DNA of 60,172 nucleotides from Actinomycetota bacterium (GCA_046731495.1 JBKPLC010000031.1:1-60172), one strand, 5' to 3'; shown: positions 47,030 through 56,519, counted from the stretch's first letter. The notes: generated by a model from the letters alone, not told the origin. Numbers and translations are program-made.

Positions 47030-47119
47030 GTGGCGCGCAGTCTACTTCAGTAGACACGGTGTCCGATGAAGTGCTACAGTCCGTCGGACACTCTGTCCAA
47101 TGAAAGGAGAACGCCTCCC
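47030..47119. promoter_or_regulatory. divergent TetR / membrane-protein control region with operator-like palindromes
   Basis: GTCTAC-TTCA-GTAGAC (47040-47055) overlaps the TAGACT box of the TetR gene. GTGTCCGA (47059-47066) and TCGGACAC (47084-47091) form an 8-bp inverted repeat. Confidence 0.35.
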
Positions 47120-47374
47120 ATGGAACTGATCCTCGCCATCCTCGTCGCCGGCCCGCTCGGCTATCTGACGACGAGACCCCGCAGCGGGGTCACCGCGTAC
47201 CTGGCCATCTGGGGGCTCGTGCTGCCTCTTCAGACGGTCGTGGTCCATAGCGAGAACCCCGACGATCTGAACTGGCAATACGTGGTCGTGCAGGTTCTCG
47301 TGCTCGCGCTCGGCCTCGGCCTGAACCGCCTCGGCAGGGCCCTGCGGCACCATCGACGGGTCTCAACGCCATGA
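47120..47374 (+). CDS. small membrane protein (hypothetical)
   Basis: ATG 47120 with AAAGGAGAA 8 nt upstream. Three hydrophobic segments. ATGA overlap with the monooxygenase gene. Confidence 0.5.
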   Translation: MELILAILVAGPLGYLTTRPRSGVTAYLAIWGLVLPLQTVVVHSENPDDLNWQYVVVQVLVLALGLGLNRLGRALRHHRRVSTP

Positions 47375-48831
47375 GCGGCCTTCAGGCCGACATGGACTGC
47401 GACGTCGTCATCGTCGGAGCCGGCCCCGCCGGACTGGCGAGCGCTCTCACGCTCGGCTCGTATGGGATTCAGACGATCGTCGTGGAACGCCGCCCATCTC
47501 CATCACCCCTGCCGCGAGCCAACACGCTGAGCACGGGAACGATGGAGCTCCTTCGCCGCTGGGGATTGGAGGCGGCGGTGCGGGAACGGGCAATGGACGT
47601 GGAGATGCAGCCGCTCGCGCTACCCAGCTTGGCGGCGGCTGATCGAGGCGAGCCGATCGACGCGGGGTTCCCAACCCGTGAGCAGGCGGCGCTCGTCAGC
47701 CCGACTTCGCCGGCCAGCTTCGGCCAGGACGAGCTCGAGCCCCTGCTCGAAGACCGCCTAGCGTCGGCGGACTCCGTGCAGGTGGAACGGGGGATCGAGC
47801 TCGTCGCCTTCGAGGCGCAGTCACAGGGCGGCTATCTGCTGACACTCGTCGCCGGTACCCGGCGACTACGGATTCGCGCCAATTACGTGATCGGCGCGGA
47901 TGGGGTTCGCAGCCGCGTGCGCCGCGAGCTCGACATCTCCACCGAAGGGTCCGCGAAGCTCGAGGAGCGGTTGTCGATCCACTTTCGGGCGCCGCTCTGG
48001 GATGTCGTTGGGAGCCGGCGGCATGTCATCTACTTCCTCACGGACGAGCCTGAGGGACGCGCGGTGCTGCCGGTTGGGCAGCCGGACCGCTGGGTGCTCG
48101 CGGGGCGTTGGGACAGCTCAACCGATGACGTCCACGCACTCACCCCCGACCAACTGAATGGATGGATCCTCGATGCCGCCGGCGTGGAGCACCTGCCGAT
48201 CGAGATCGTGCGAACGAGCGTGGTCGACTACGGGATTGGCCTCGCCGATCGGTTCCGAGAGGGCGACGCCTTCCTGATCGGCGATGCCGCGCACCGGGTG
48301 ACGCCGAGGGGCGCCACGGGACTCAATACTGCAATCCGAGACGGCTTCGACCTCGGCTGGAAGCTCGCCTGGGTCCTGCGCGGCTGGGCCGACGACCGGC
48401 TGCTGGACAGCTATGAAGACGAGCGCCGCCCCGTCGCGGAGTTCAACACCGGGCGCTCGGTCCGTCCCAGTGGGTCGATCCTGCCCAGCTCGGTCGGCCT
48501 GAATGCCGACATCGGCGGGCGCATCGCCCACGTCTGGGTCGCGCGCGACGCCGGACTGGTCTCGACGCTCGACCTCCTCGGCGACGGTTTGACACTCTTC
48601 GCCGGCCCCGACTGGGGCGGCTCGCCGCCGCACGACGGCGCGGCGCCGACGACGGTCGAGCGGCTAGACGCGATCGCCGCCCGGGGCCTGGGGCTGGCGC
48701 CGGCCGGGTCGCTGCTGGTCAGGCCGGACGGACATCCTGTCGCGCTGTGTAATGAAGTCCGGGCCGCCAATGCGGGCGGGCCGTCGTGGAGCGCCGCCTA
48801 CGCCACACTCTTCAGCGCCCTGCGCGTCTAG
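47371..48831 (+). CDS. FAD-dependent aromatic-ring monooxygenase (PheA/TfdB class A flavoprotein family)
   Basis: DVVIVGAGPAGLASAL (GxGxxG), ..GADGVRSRVR.. and ..GDAAHRVTPRGATGLNTAIRDGFDLGWKL... Confidence 0.85.
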   Translation: MSGLQADMDCDVVIVGAGPAGLASALTLGSYGIQTIVVERRPSPSPLPRANTLSTGTMELLRRWGLEAAVRERAMDVEMQPLALPSLAAADRGEPIDAGFPTREQAALVSPTSPASFGQDELEPLLEDRLASADSVQVERGIELVAFEAQSQGGYLLTLVAGTRRLRIRANYVIGADGVRSRVRRELDISTEGSAKLEERLSIHFRAPLWDVVGSRRHVIYFLTDEPEGRAVLPVGQPDRWVLAGRWDSSTDDVHALTPDQLNGWILDAAGVEHLPIEIVRTSVVDYGIGLADRFREGDAFLIGDAAHRVTPRGATGLNTAIRDGFDLGWKLAWVLRGWADDRLLDSYEDERRPVAEFNTGRSVRPSGSILPSSVGLNADIGGRIAHVWVARDAGLVSTLDLLGDGLTLFAGPDWGGSPPHDGAAPTTVERLDAIAARGLGLAPAGSLLVRPDGHPVALCNEVRAANAGGPSWSAAYATLFSALRV

Positions 48832-48855
48832 CTCTTCGGTCAGTCCAAGCGAGAC

Positions 48856-48911
48856 GGAGGCAGCTGTCCGGAGTTGTGGGCCATATAGGGCCCTAAGTCC
48901 GGACAGCCTCC
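48856..48911. terminator. long imperfect hairpin between convergent genes (candidate bidirectional terminator)
   Basis: GGAGGCAGCTGTCCGGA (48856-48872) pairs with TCCGGACAGCCTCC (48898-48911). An internal GGGCC-atatag-GGCCC hairpin sits in the loop. Confidence 0.5.
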
Positions 48912-48914
48912 TCG

Positions 48915-51728
48915 CTAGTCGCGCGAGCGCAGATCGCGCAGCACCCGGTGCAGGATGCCGCCGTTCTGGAAGTAGGTGACCTCGTTGGGCGTGTCAATCC
49001 GGACGGTCGCCTCGAAGGTGACGTCGTCGCCGCCGTCGCGGTGGGCCGTCACCTGGACCGTCTTCGCCTCGCCGTTCTCGAGGTCGCCGACGTCGAAGGT
49101 CTCCTCGCCGGTGAGGCCGAGCGACTCGGCCGACTCGCCATCGGGGAACTGCAGCGGTAGCACCGCCATGCCGATCAGGTTGGAGCGATGGATGCGCTCG
49201 AAGCTCTCGGCGATCACGGCCCGCACGCCGAGCAGGTTGGTGCCCTTCGCGGCCCAGTCCCGGGATGAGCCGGAGCCGTACTCCTTGCCGGCCAGCACCA
49301 CGAGCGGAACGCCCTCGTCGGCGTACTTCATCGCGGCCTCGTAGATCGTGGTCTCATCGCCGTCAGGGAAGTGGCGCGTGAAGCCGCCCTCCTTCTCGAC
49401 CAGCTGGTTCCGGAGGCGCACGTTGGCGAAGGTCCCGCGCACCATCACCTCGTAGTTGCCGCGCCGCGAGCCGTAGGAGTTGAAGTCCCGGACCTCGACG
49501 CCCTGATCGATCAGCCACTGACCGGCGGGGCTGTCCTTCTTGATCGCGCCGGCCGGCGAGATGTGGTCGGTGGTCACCGAGTCACCGAGCACCGCCAGCA
49601 CCCGCGCGCCCTCGATCGGCTCGACGGGCTGCGGCTCGGAGTCCATGCCGTCGAAGAAGGTCGGCTTGCGCACGTAGGTGGAGTCGGGCCAGGTGTAGCG
49701 GTCGCCCTCCGGCACCTCGATGTCCTTCCAGCGCGCATCGCCGGTGAAGACGTCCGCGTAGCTCTTGGTGAACATGTCCGCGCGCACCGCCTCGCCGACG
49801 ACCTGCTTGATCTCCTCCGAGCTCGGCCAGATGTCGGAGAGATGGACGTCCTCGCCATCGCTGTCCTTCCCGAGCGGCTCGCTGGTCAGGTCGATGTCCA
49901 TGCGCCCGGCGAGCGCGTACGCGACGACCAGCGGCGGCGAGGCGAGGTAGTTGGCTCGGGTGTCCGGGTTGATCCGGCCCTCGAAGTTGCGATTGCCGGA
50001 GAGCACTGAGCAGACAACCAGCTCGTTCTCGTTGACCGCCTTCGAGATCGATTCCGGGAGTGGTCCCGAATTCCCGATGCAGGTCGTGCAGCCGTAGCCG
50101 ACCAGGTTGAACTGGAGCTGGTCGAGGTACTTGTCGAGCCCGGACTTCTCCAGGTACTCGGTCACCACCGTCGAGCCGGGCGCGAGCGAAGTCTTGACCC
50201 AGGGTTTGCGGGCGAGCCCGCGCTCGACGGCCTTCTTGGCGATCAGCCCGGCGCCCAGCATGACCGAGGGGTTCGAGGTGTTCGTGCAGCTGGTGATCGC
50301 GGCGATCACGACCATGCCGTGGTCGAGCTCGACCGTCTGGCCGTCTTCGAGCTGGACGGCGACCGCGTCGCTCGTCTCCTCCTTGGGCGCGATCGTCGTC
50401 GTCCCGGCCTTGCGCGGCTTGCCCGCATCGCCATCGTGGTCCTCCGCCGGCGGGTCCGATGCCGGGAAGGACTCGTCGATCGCGTGGTCCCGCATGTTCT
50501 CCAGCTGCTCCTTCGCCTCCGGATCCCACTCCTGCATGGCCTCGAGGAATGCGTTCTTCGCGTCGGTCAGGGCGATGCGGTCCTGCGGGCGCTTCGGCCC
50601 GGCGATGCTGGGCTCGACGTCGCCGAGGTCGAGCTCGAGCGTGTCGGAGTAGGTCGGCTCCTCGGAGTCCGGCTCGTGGAAGAGACCCTGCTCGCGGGTA
50701 TAGGCGTCGACCAGCTCGATCTGCTCGGTCGGCCGGCCGGTGAACTCGAGATAGCGAAGCGTCTCGGCGTCGATCGGGAAGATCGCGCAGGTCGAGCCGA
50801 ACTCCGGCGACATGTTGCCGATCGTCGCCCGGTCCGCCAGGCCGAGGCCCGAGATGCCGGGGCCGAAGAACTCGACGAACTTCGAGACCACACCCTTCTC
50901 GCGAAGCATCTCGGTGACGGTGAGAACCAGGTCGGTGGCGGTCGCACCCTCCCGGAGCTCCCCAGTCAGCTTGAAGCCGAGCACCTGCGGGAGCAGCATC
51001 GAGATCGGCTGGCCGAGCATCGCCGCCTCCGCCTCGATCCCACCTACGCCCCAGCCCAGCACGCCGAGCCCGTTGATCATCGTCGTGTGGGAGTCGGTCC
51101 CGACCAGGGTGTCGGGATAGGCCTGCGTCGTCCCGTCGACCTCGTGCGTCCAGACGCAGCGGCCCAGGTACTCGAGATTGACCTGGTGGCAGATGCCGGT
51201 GGCGGGCGGCACCACCCGGAAGTTGTCGAAGGCGGTCTGGCCCCAGCGCAGGAACGCGTAGCGCTCGCCGTTCCGCTCGTAGTCCCGCTCCGCGTTCACC
51301 TCGAAGGCGCGCTGATTACCGAACGCGTCCACCTGGACGGAGTGGTCGATGATCAGGTCGACGTCGACGAGCGGGTTGATCGCGGTCGGGTCGCTGCCGA
51401 GCTCCTCCATCGCGTCGCGCATCGCCGCCAAGTCGACCACCGCGGGCACGCCGGTGAAGTCCTGCATCAGCACGCGGGCCGGCTGGAAGGGGATCTCGAC
51501 CGAGGGATCCGCCTTGGCGTCCCAGGTCGCGAGTGCCTCGACGTCGTCCGAGGTGACCGAGGTGCCGTCCTCGAGCCGCAGCGCGTTCTCGAGCAGGACC
51601 TTGAGCGAATAGGGCAGCCGGGCTACGTCGAAGCGCTCCTGCAGGGCATCGAGGCGGTGGACCTCGAACTCGCTCCCGCCGACTTCGAGGGTCGCCTGTG
51701 CTCCGAAGCTGTCCTTCGCGCTCACCAC
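48915..51728 (-). CDS. acnA: aconitate hydratase A
   Basis: 937 aa with Fe-S cluster Cys motifs (..[10 protein letters not shown].., ..[10 protein letters not shown]..) and the full AcnA/IRP architecture. Confidence 0.95.
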   Translation of the reverse strand: MVSAKDSFGAQATLEVGGSEFEVHRLDALQERFDVARLPYSLKVLLENALRLEDGTSVTSDDVEALATWDAKADPSVEIPFQPARVLMQDFTGVPAVVDLAAMRDAMEELGSDPTAINPLVDVDLIIDHSVQVDAFGNQRAFEVNAERDYERNGERYAFLRWGQTAFDNFRVVPPATGICHQVNLEYLGRCVWTHEVDGTTQAYPDTLVGTDSHTTMINGLGVLGWGVGGIEAEAAMLGQPISMLLPQVLGFKLTGELREGATATDLVLTVTEMLREKGVVSKFVEFFGPGISGLGLADRATIGNMSPEFGSTCAIFPIDAETLRYLEFTGRPTEQIELVDAYTREQGLFHEPDSEEPTYSDTLELDLGDVEPSIAGPKRPQDRIALTDAKNAFLEAMQEWDPEAKEQLENMRDHAIDESFPASDPPAEDHDGDAGKPRKAGTTTIAPKEETSDAVAVQLEDGQTVELDHGMVVIAAITSCTNTSNPSVMLGAGLIAKKAVERGLARKPWVKTSLAPGSTVVTEYLEKSGLDKYLDQLQFNLVGYGCTTCIGNSGPLPESISKAVNENELVVCSVLSGNRNFEGRINPDTRANYLASPPLVVAYALAGRMDIDLTSEPLGKDSDGEDVHLSDIWPSSEEIKQVVGEAVRADMFTKSYADVFTGDARWKDIEVPEGDRYTWPDSTYVRKPTFFDGMDSEPQPVEPIEGARVLAVLGDSVTTDHISPAGAIKKDSPAGQWLIDQGVEVRDFNSYGSRRGNYEVMVRGTFANVRLRNQLVEKEGGFTRHFPDGDETTIYEAAMKYADEGVPLVVLAGKEYGSGSSRDWAAKGTNLLGVRAVIAESFERIHRSNLIGMAVLPLQFPDGESAESLGLTGEETFDVGDLENGEAKTVQVTAHRDGGDDVTFEATVRIDTPNEVTYFQNGGILHRVLRDLRSRD

Positions 51729-51766
51729 ATCAGTCTATTCCCGGCGCTCGGCCGGCCAAGCGGCCG

Positions 51767-54028
51767 CTAGCGGTGCTTTTTCTTGTGCGAGCCGAGGCGG
51801 ACCTTGGTGATCTGCACGGTGTTGCCGGCCGGGTCGATGGTCGTCACCCTGACCCTCACGCGGCGACCCTCGCGCGCGGCGGCCCTGCCGCGCCGGCTCA
51901 GCTTGACCTTCACCTTCGCGCTCTTGCCGCCGCCGATCGTGGCCAGTCCGCGCCCGAGGACCCTCGTGCGCTTCCGCTTGGCCGAGCGGCCCTTCTTCCG
52001 GGCGTGCGCCCCGAGCAGCTCCACCTTGACCCGGCAGGCCTTGGCGCCAGGCGCCGAATCGATTGGCACCCGCGCCCTCTTGCCCTTCGCTCGCACCTTG
52101 CCGTCGCCGAGCGTGGCGCGGACAGATGAGAACGACGAGAACTGCGGGGCGATTGCCGTGCCGCACGGCAGCGGCAGCGGCGGCGCCGCCTTCACCTGCC
52201 CGCCGTCGGCGCCGGGGCTCTCGCGCACCGGCAGCCGCAGATCGAGCTTCGAGACCGTCACGGGCCCCTGGCCGTTCGTCGGGCGGCCGTAGTTGCTCAA
52301 CGCCGAGCCGCCGGCGTCCCGCGGGAGCAGCTCGAGCTTGGCGACGTGGCCGGGCGCGAAGAGGTGCCCGCTCGGGTGCAGCTGGAACACCTGGCGGGCC
52401 GTGCCGATCTGCGGGCGGAGGAGCTGGCGTGCGACCAGCGTCTCGCTGCCGTTGGGGTCGACGTCAAGCAGACGGGCGGCGACCTCCGAGTTGGCGACCG
52501 GGGAGGAGATGGTCGCCAGCACCGTCGCCGAGCCCAGCAGCGTGTAGCCGCTTCCGGTCGCCGCCGGCAGGCGGTAGGTGGCCACCCCCGAGAGATCGGC
52601 GGCCGGCGCCGTCGCGCAGGCCCCGCCCCCGGTGACCGGGTCGAAGGTGGCGTCGACCGTGGCCGAGCCGCCGGCCGGGGCGATCGTCTTCGCGCCCCTG
52701 ACGCGTAGACGGACCACGCCGTGCTGCAGGCCCGCCCAGCTTCCGGCCTGGAACGGCCCGCCCGACGGGGCGGACGTCGGACAGGTGAGAGTGAACGCGG
52801 TGGCACCCTGGAAGGGCTGCGCGCCGACGCCCTTCACGTAGTAGTCGAGCCAGGCGTCCTGGGCGACATTGCGGGCGTTCGTGTCGGCAGACTTGTTGAC
52901 GGCACGCATGTGGCCGAAGTCACCAAAGAGAACCGAGATGGGCGCCCCCGGATACTGCGAGCGGATCCGGTTGTAGTAGCGGATCGCCTCATCCGCGGGG
53001 AAGAGGTCATCGGTGAAGCCGTTCGAGATCAGCAGCGGGGCGGGCGGCACGGAGTGATCGATGTAGTAGGCGGAGTGATGGGCCTCGATCTCTCCGAGGA
53101 TCGCGGCCATCGTCGGATCGCCGTCGTAGGGCTCACCCGCGTCGAGGCGCGCCTTCCAGGCGGTCACGTCCGCGGCGAAGTCCGTGCACGGGGGATATGG
53201 AGCCTGCCCGCAGTAGTGGCCCGCCGTCGACCCGGAGAGGTAGAGGCCGGTCTGGAATGACTCCTTCTCGATCCCGACCCGGCCGCTGTACGGCGAGTCG
53301 GCAACGTAGTCGAGGGTGCCGCCGTTCGGGGTGAGCGAATAGGCGAGGTCGCTCCACGGGACGTCCGGGGTCGCGGCGGCGATCCGCATCGGGGTGCCGT
53401 CGCTCGGGCTCGTCCACGGGACCAGGCTGCCGTCGGGCAGCATCACCCGGTCCTTGAGGGTGGCCAGCTGGAGCGAGAGGCCACCGCCGTATGAGCCGCC
53501 GACGGCGCCGACGCGCTGGCCGTCGGCGAGGCCCTCGTCGGTCAGCTCACCCGCGAAGAACTGGGCGTCGCGGACCTCGTAGCGATCGTCCATCAGGTGG
53601 ATGTAGCCGTTGTCGCAGTCCGACCCGCCGGCCGTGATCGAGGCGGAGGTGCCGCAGGACTCGTGGAAGCCGCGGTCGGTCATGCTGAACACGGCGTAGC
53701 CGCGGCTGGTGTACCGGCGCAGGCCGCTGGTCGAGCCCGAGGTGCCGAAGCCGATCTTCGAGCCGCCGTAGCCGTGGCCGACGATGATCAGCGGGTAGTT
53801 CCCGTCGCCGCTGCCCGGGTCGGGCGGGAAGGCGACGTTGACGTCGATCGGCGTGCCGTCCCACGAGGGCGCCGTGCTGCGCGGTGAGGTGCTGCCGCAC
53901 TCGCGGACGTTGTCCGCCGCCACCGTGCAGGTCACGGCCCCGCCGAACACGCTCGGGATCGCCGCCTGTGCTCCGGGCGCAACGAGCAGCGCTCCGGCGA
54001 GGACCGACAACAGCACCAGCTTCCGCAT
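51767..54028 (-). CDS. secreted CocE/NonD (S15-like) alpha/beta hydrolase with Lys/Arg-rich C-terminal tail
   Basis: ATG 54028 with AGGAGAGAGG upstream. Signal peptide MRKLVLLSVLAGALLVAPGAQA. Nucleophile elbow GGSYGG. The tail ..KSAKVKVKLSRRGRAAAREGRRVRVRVTTIDPAGNTVQITKVRL.. resembles the module in 30790..31737 and 34111..34941. Confidence 0.75.
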   Translation of the reverse strand: MRKLVLLSVLAGALLVAPGAQAAIPSVFGGAVTCTVAADNVRECGSTSPRSTAPSWDGTPIDVNVAFPPDPGSGDGNYPLIIVGHGYGGSKIGFGTSGSTSGLRRYTSRGYAVFSMTDRGFHESCGTSASITAGGSDCDNGYIHLMDDRYEVRDAQFFAGELTDEGLADGQRVGAVGGSYGGGLSLQLATLKDRVMLPDGSLVPWTSPSDGTPMRIAAATPDVPWSDLAYSLTPNGGTLDYVADSPYSGRVGIEKESFQTGLYLSGSTAGHYCGQAPYPPCTDFAADVTAWKARLDAGEPYDGDPTMAAILGEIEAHHSAYYIDHSVPPAPLLISNGFTDDLFPADEAIRYYNRIRSQYPGAPISVLFGDFGHMRAVNKSADTNARNVAQDAWLDYYVKGVGAQPFQGATAFTLTCPTSAPSGGPFQAGSWAGLQHGVVRLRVRGAKTIAPAGGSATVDATFDPVTGGGACATAPAADLSGVATYRLPAATGSGYTLLGSATVLATISSPVANSEVAARLLDVDPNGSETLVARQLLRPQIGTARQVFQLHPSGHLFAPGHVAKLELLPRDAGGSALSNYGRPTNGQGPVTVSKLDLRLPVRESPGADGGQVKAAPPLPLPCGTAIAPQFSSFSSVRATLGDGKVRAKGKRARVPIDSAPGAKACRVKVELLGAHARKKGRSAKRKRTRVLGRGLATIGGGKSAKVKVKLSRRGRAAAREGRRVRVRVTTIDPAGNTVQITKVRLGSHKKKHR

Positions 54029-54054
54029 GCCTCTCTCCTGTCCTTGGATGATGT

Positions 54055-54075
54055 CGGCACGTCCCTGTCGTGCCG
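54055..54075 (-). terminator. candidate stem-loop terminator after the SDR gene
   Basis: CGGCACG-tccctgt-CGTGCCG, a 7-bp perfect stem. Confidence 0.3.
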
Positions 54076-54113
54076 GCGCCGTCCCTGACGCGCTGCGGGA
54101 GAATACCGAGCGG

Positions 54114-54929
54114 CTAGCGCTTGCCCGCGTGCCCCTCGACGAGGCTCTCGGCGATCTTCTCCGCACCGCCCCGTCGCTGGATGCGGGCCGCCAGCTCCGG
54201 ATGGCGGTGGGCGATGCCGCTCACGAGGCGGAGCCGGAGCGTCGCGGGCTCGACCTCCGAGCGGTTCCTGGTGATCGCCGTGACCACCGCCCGGCCGACC
54301 TTCCTCGGCGAGGTCGTGCCCAGTCCCGGTGGAGACTTGACGCCCGCGTCGTGGAACATGCCGGCCTCCCTGATGAAGCCCGGGAGCACCGTGGAAACGC
54401 CGACTCCCTTCGGGTGGAGGTCCTCCCGCAAAGCCAGGGCGAAGCCGCGCATCCCGAACTTGGTGGCGCAGTAGATCGCGGTCCGTGGAGTGCCGACCTT
54501 CCCGTTCAGGGAGGAGATGAAGACGATGTGGCCCTCCCCCTTCTCGATCAATGAGGGGATGAGGGCGCGAGCCATCAGCATCGGCGCCTCGAGGTTGACG
54601 CGCATGGTCCGGGTGAGCTCCTCGCCGCTCACCTTCTCGATTGCCCCCACGCCCGGCAGGGCAGCGTTCGCGATCATCCCGTCCAGGTCTCCGGCCTCTC
54701 GGACCGCCCCCTCCGCGGCCCCCTCCTCGGCCAGGTCCGCGACGACCACCTGATGTCGATCGGTGCCGCCGGGCAATGAGCCGGCCAGCTGCTGGAGCTC
54801 CTCCTCCCGCCGCGAGCTCAGGACGAGCCCGGCGCCGTGCGTGGCGAGCTGCTCAGCGATCGCGCGGCCGAGGCCCCCGGTTGCACCGCTGAGCAGCAGC
54901 CGCTTCCCCTCGAGTTCCACGAGCCGCAA
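54114..54929 (-). CDS. SDR-family oxidoreductase
   Basis: Cofactor site SGATGGLGRA, ..NAALPG.. and catalytic YCATK. Confidence 0.85.
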   Translation of the reverse strand: MRLVELEGKRLLLSGATGGLGRAIAEQLATHGAGLVLSSRREEELQQLAGSLPGGTDRHQVVVADLAEEGAAEGAVREAGDLDGMIANAALPGVGAIEKVSGEELTRTMRVNLEAPMLMARALIPSLIEKGEGHIVFISSLNGKVGTPRTAIYCATKFGMRGFALALREDLHPKGVGVSTVLPGFIREAGMFHDAGVKSPPGLGTTSPRKVGRAVVTAITRNRSEVEPATLRLRLVSGIAHRHPELAARIQRRGGAEKIAESLVEGHAGKR

Positions 54930-54947
54930 GCTACTCGACGGCCGTTT

Positions 54948-54988
54948 TGTGAGCGCCCGCTCACAGATGTGTCCAACTCCGTTAAGGT
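54948..54988 (+). promoter_or_regulatory. candidate promoter of C40 paralogue 1 overlapped by a perfect palindrome (operator candidate)
   Basis: TGTGAGCG-CC-CGCTCACA (54948-54965). -35-like CTCACA (54960-54965), a 17-nt spacer, then -10-like TAAGGT (54983-54988). Confidence 0.4.
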
Positions 54989-55105
54989 CTTCGCGAGGAG
55001 AAGCCGAGTTCCACCTGCAAAGGCTCGGAATCCGGAGGAGGGATCAAGTCGCCGTTTCGTCTGCCTCGACGTCTACGTCTACCTAGGGTCGGCCTGGCCG
55101 GCCTC

Positions 55106-55636
55106 GTGCTGGCCACCGCGCTGATCAGCGCCGCGCCCTCCGCCGGGCAGGACGACGGGACCACGACGACGACCGGGGTCCCCGGCGAGACGGCGGGCAC
55201 ACCGCCACCGGCGAATGTGGCGACCATCCTCCCCGGCGGCAAGGCCACCGTTCCGGCGGGCTCGCCCTACGCGGTCGCTCGCGCCATCGGCGCGGCGAAC
55301 CGGATCCATCGCCGCACCTACATCTGGGGCGGCGGGCACCGCCGCTGGAAGTCCAAGGGATACGACTGCTCGGGCGCGGTCAGCTACGTGCTTCATGCGG
55401 CGGGCGTGCTCAGCTCCCCGCTGGTCTCCGGGCAGCTGGCCTCCTGGGGGACACCAGGCCCGGGGAACTGGATCACGGTCTATGCCAACCGGACGCACAC
55501 CTTCATGGTGATCGCGGGCCTTCGGTTCGACACGTCGCCGGTCGGCGAGTGGCTCAACCAGGGCCGCGGTCCCCGCTGGCGCTACACGCTGCGGACGCCG
55601 ACCGGCTTCGCCGTGCGCCACAACGCCGGACTCTAG
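55106..55636 (+). CDS. secreted NlpC/P60 (C40)-like putative cell-wall hydrolase, paralogue 1
   Basis: ..YIWGGGHRRWKSKGYDCSGAVSYVLHAAGVL.. (Cys motif) and ..WITVYANRTHTFMVIAG... Canonical start is GTG 55106. Alignment with paralogues 2 and 3 suggests the signal peptide begins further upstream (possible CTG 55061). Confidence 0.6.
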   Translation: MLATALISAAPSAGQDDGTTTTTGVPGETAGTPPPANVATILPGGKATVPAGSPYAVARAIGAANRIHRRTYIWGGGHRRWKSKGYDCSGAVSYVLHAAGVLSSPLVSGQLASWGTPGPGNWITVYANRTHTFMVIAGLRFDTSPVGEWLNQGRGPRWRYTLRTPTGFAVRHNAGL

Positions 55637-55746
55637 CGGGCACCAGGCCGCACCATCATGAGCGAGGGCCGTAGCCCCGAGCGGTTATGTGGGGCGGCCG
55701 CTCGTGGCCGCGATCTGATGGCGATTCCGCGCAGGGAGCGGGGTTT

Positions 55747-55786
55747 TGTGAGTACCCGCTCACACCGCGCGACGCCCTGCTAGCCT
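55747..55786 (+). promoter_or_regulatory. candidate promoter of C40 paralogue 2 overlapped by a second copy of the palindrome
   Basis: TGTGAGTA-CC-CGCTCACA (55747-55764, two mismatches). CTCACA (55759-55764), a 16-nt spacer, then TAGCCT (55781-55786). The predicted TSS is just before the riboswitch. Confidence 0.4.
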
Positions 55787-55797
55787 TCCGCGCGCAA

Positions 55798-55930
55798 CAA
55801 ACGCCGAATCTCGCCCCCGCCAGGGCGGGGCGAGAGCGGGGGAACCAAGCAGTTGGGGCGAATCCACCAGGAGTGGAGGCGCAGGCTCCTTTAGCGCCAG
55901 CCCGTCAGCTAACCCCGTAGGCCGACGAAG
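55798..55930 (+). promoter_or_regulatory. ydaO/yuaA-type cyclic-di-AMP riboswitch
   Basis: CGCCGAAUC..GAGCGGGGGAACCA..GGGGCGAAUCC..CCCGUCAGCUAACCCCGUAGGCC matches the conserved ydaO blocks. Compare B. subtilis GAGCGGGGGACCCA, GGGGUGAAUCC, CCCGUCAGCUAACCUCGUAAGC. It ends directly at the GAAGGAG Shine-Dalgarno. Confidence 0.85.
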
Positions 55931-55940
55931 GAGAATCGGT

Positions 55941-56519
55941 TTGCGGTCGAAGACATCCAGAAGTCGCCCGGTGAGGCTGGCGGGGCTGGTGTTCCTTGCC
56001 TCACTGATCTGCGCGGTGCCGGCGATGGCGCAGACGGGCGGAACCGTTTCACCCGGCAGCACGAGCACCAGCACGACGACGACCACCGCACCAAGCGGGT
56101 CGGCGCAGATCCGGTCGGACGGGACCGCGATCCCTCCGGCGAACGCGCCGAGGCAGGTCCGCAAGGCGATCAACGCGGGAAACAAGATCCACACCCGCCC
56201 CTACATCTGGGGCGGCGGGCATCGCCGCTTCAAGTCGCGGGGCTATGACTGCTCTGGCGCCGTGAGCTACGTGCTGCACGCGGCGGGGGTGCTCCGCAGC
56301 CCGCTGGCATCCGGGCCCCTGATGCGATGGGGCTCACCCGGCATCGGTTCGTGGATCACGGTCTATGCGAACGCAGGTCACGCCTGGATGACGGTGGCGG
56401 GGCTGCGGTTCGACACGTCCGGGGCCGGCGAGTCCCTGAACCAGGGCTCCGGCCCGCGGTGGCGATTCAACATGCGGAGCGCCACCGGCTACGCCGCTCG
56501 TTACTACCCAGGTCTCTAG
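55941..56519 (+). CDS. secreted NlpC/P60 (C40)-like putative cell-wall hydrolase, paralogue 2
   Basis: TTG 55941 with GAAGGAG 7 nt upstream. Signal peptide ..LVFLASLICAVPAMA|QTGG. ..YIWGGGHRRFKSRGYDCSGAVSYVLHAAGVL... Confidence 0.75.
   Translation: MRSKTSRSRPVRLAGLVFLASLICAVPAMAQTGGTVSPGSTSTSTTTTTAPSGSAQIRSDGTAIPPANAPRQVRKAINAGNKIHTRPYIWGGGHRRFKSRGYDCSGAVSYVLHAAGVLRSPLASGPLMRWGSPGIGSWITVYANAGHAWMTVAGLRFDTSGAGESLNQGSGPRWRFNMRSATGYAARYYPGL

Noticed and set aside
54966-55105. Search for a third ydaO riboswitch upstream of C40 paralogue 1.
   Set aside because: None of the conserved blocks (GGGGGAACCA, GGGGCGAAUCC, CAGCUAACCCCG) is present.
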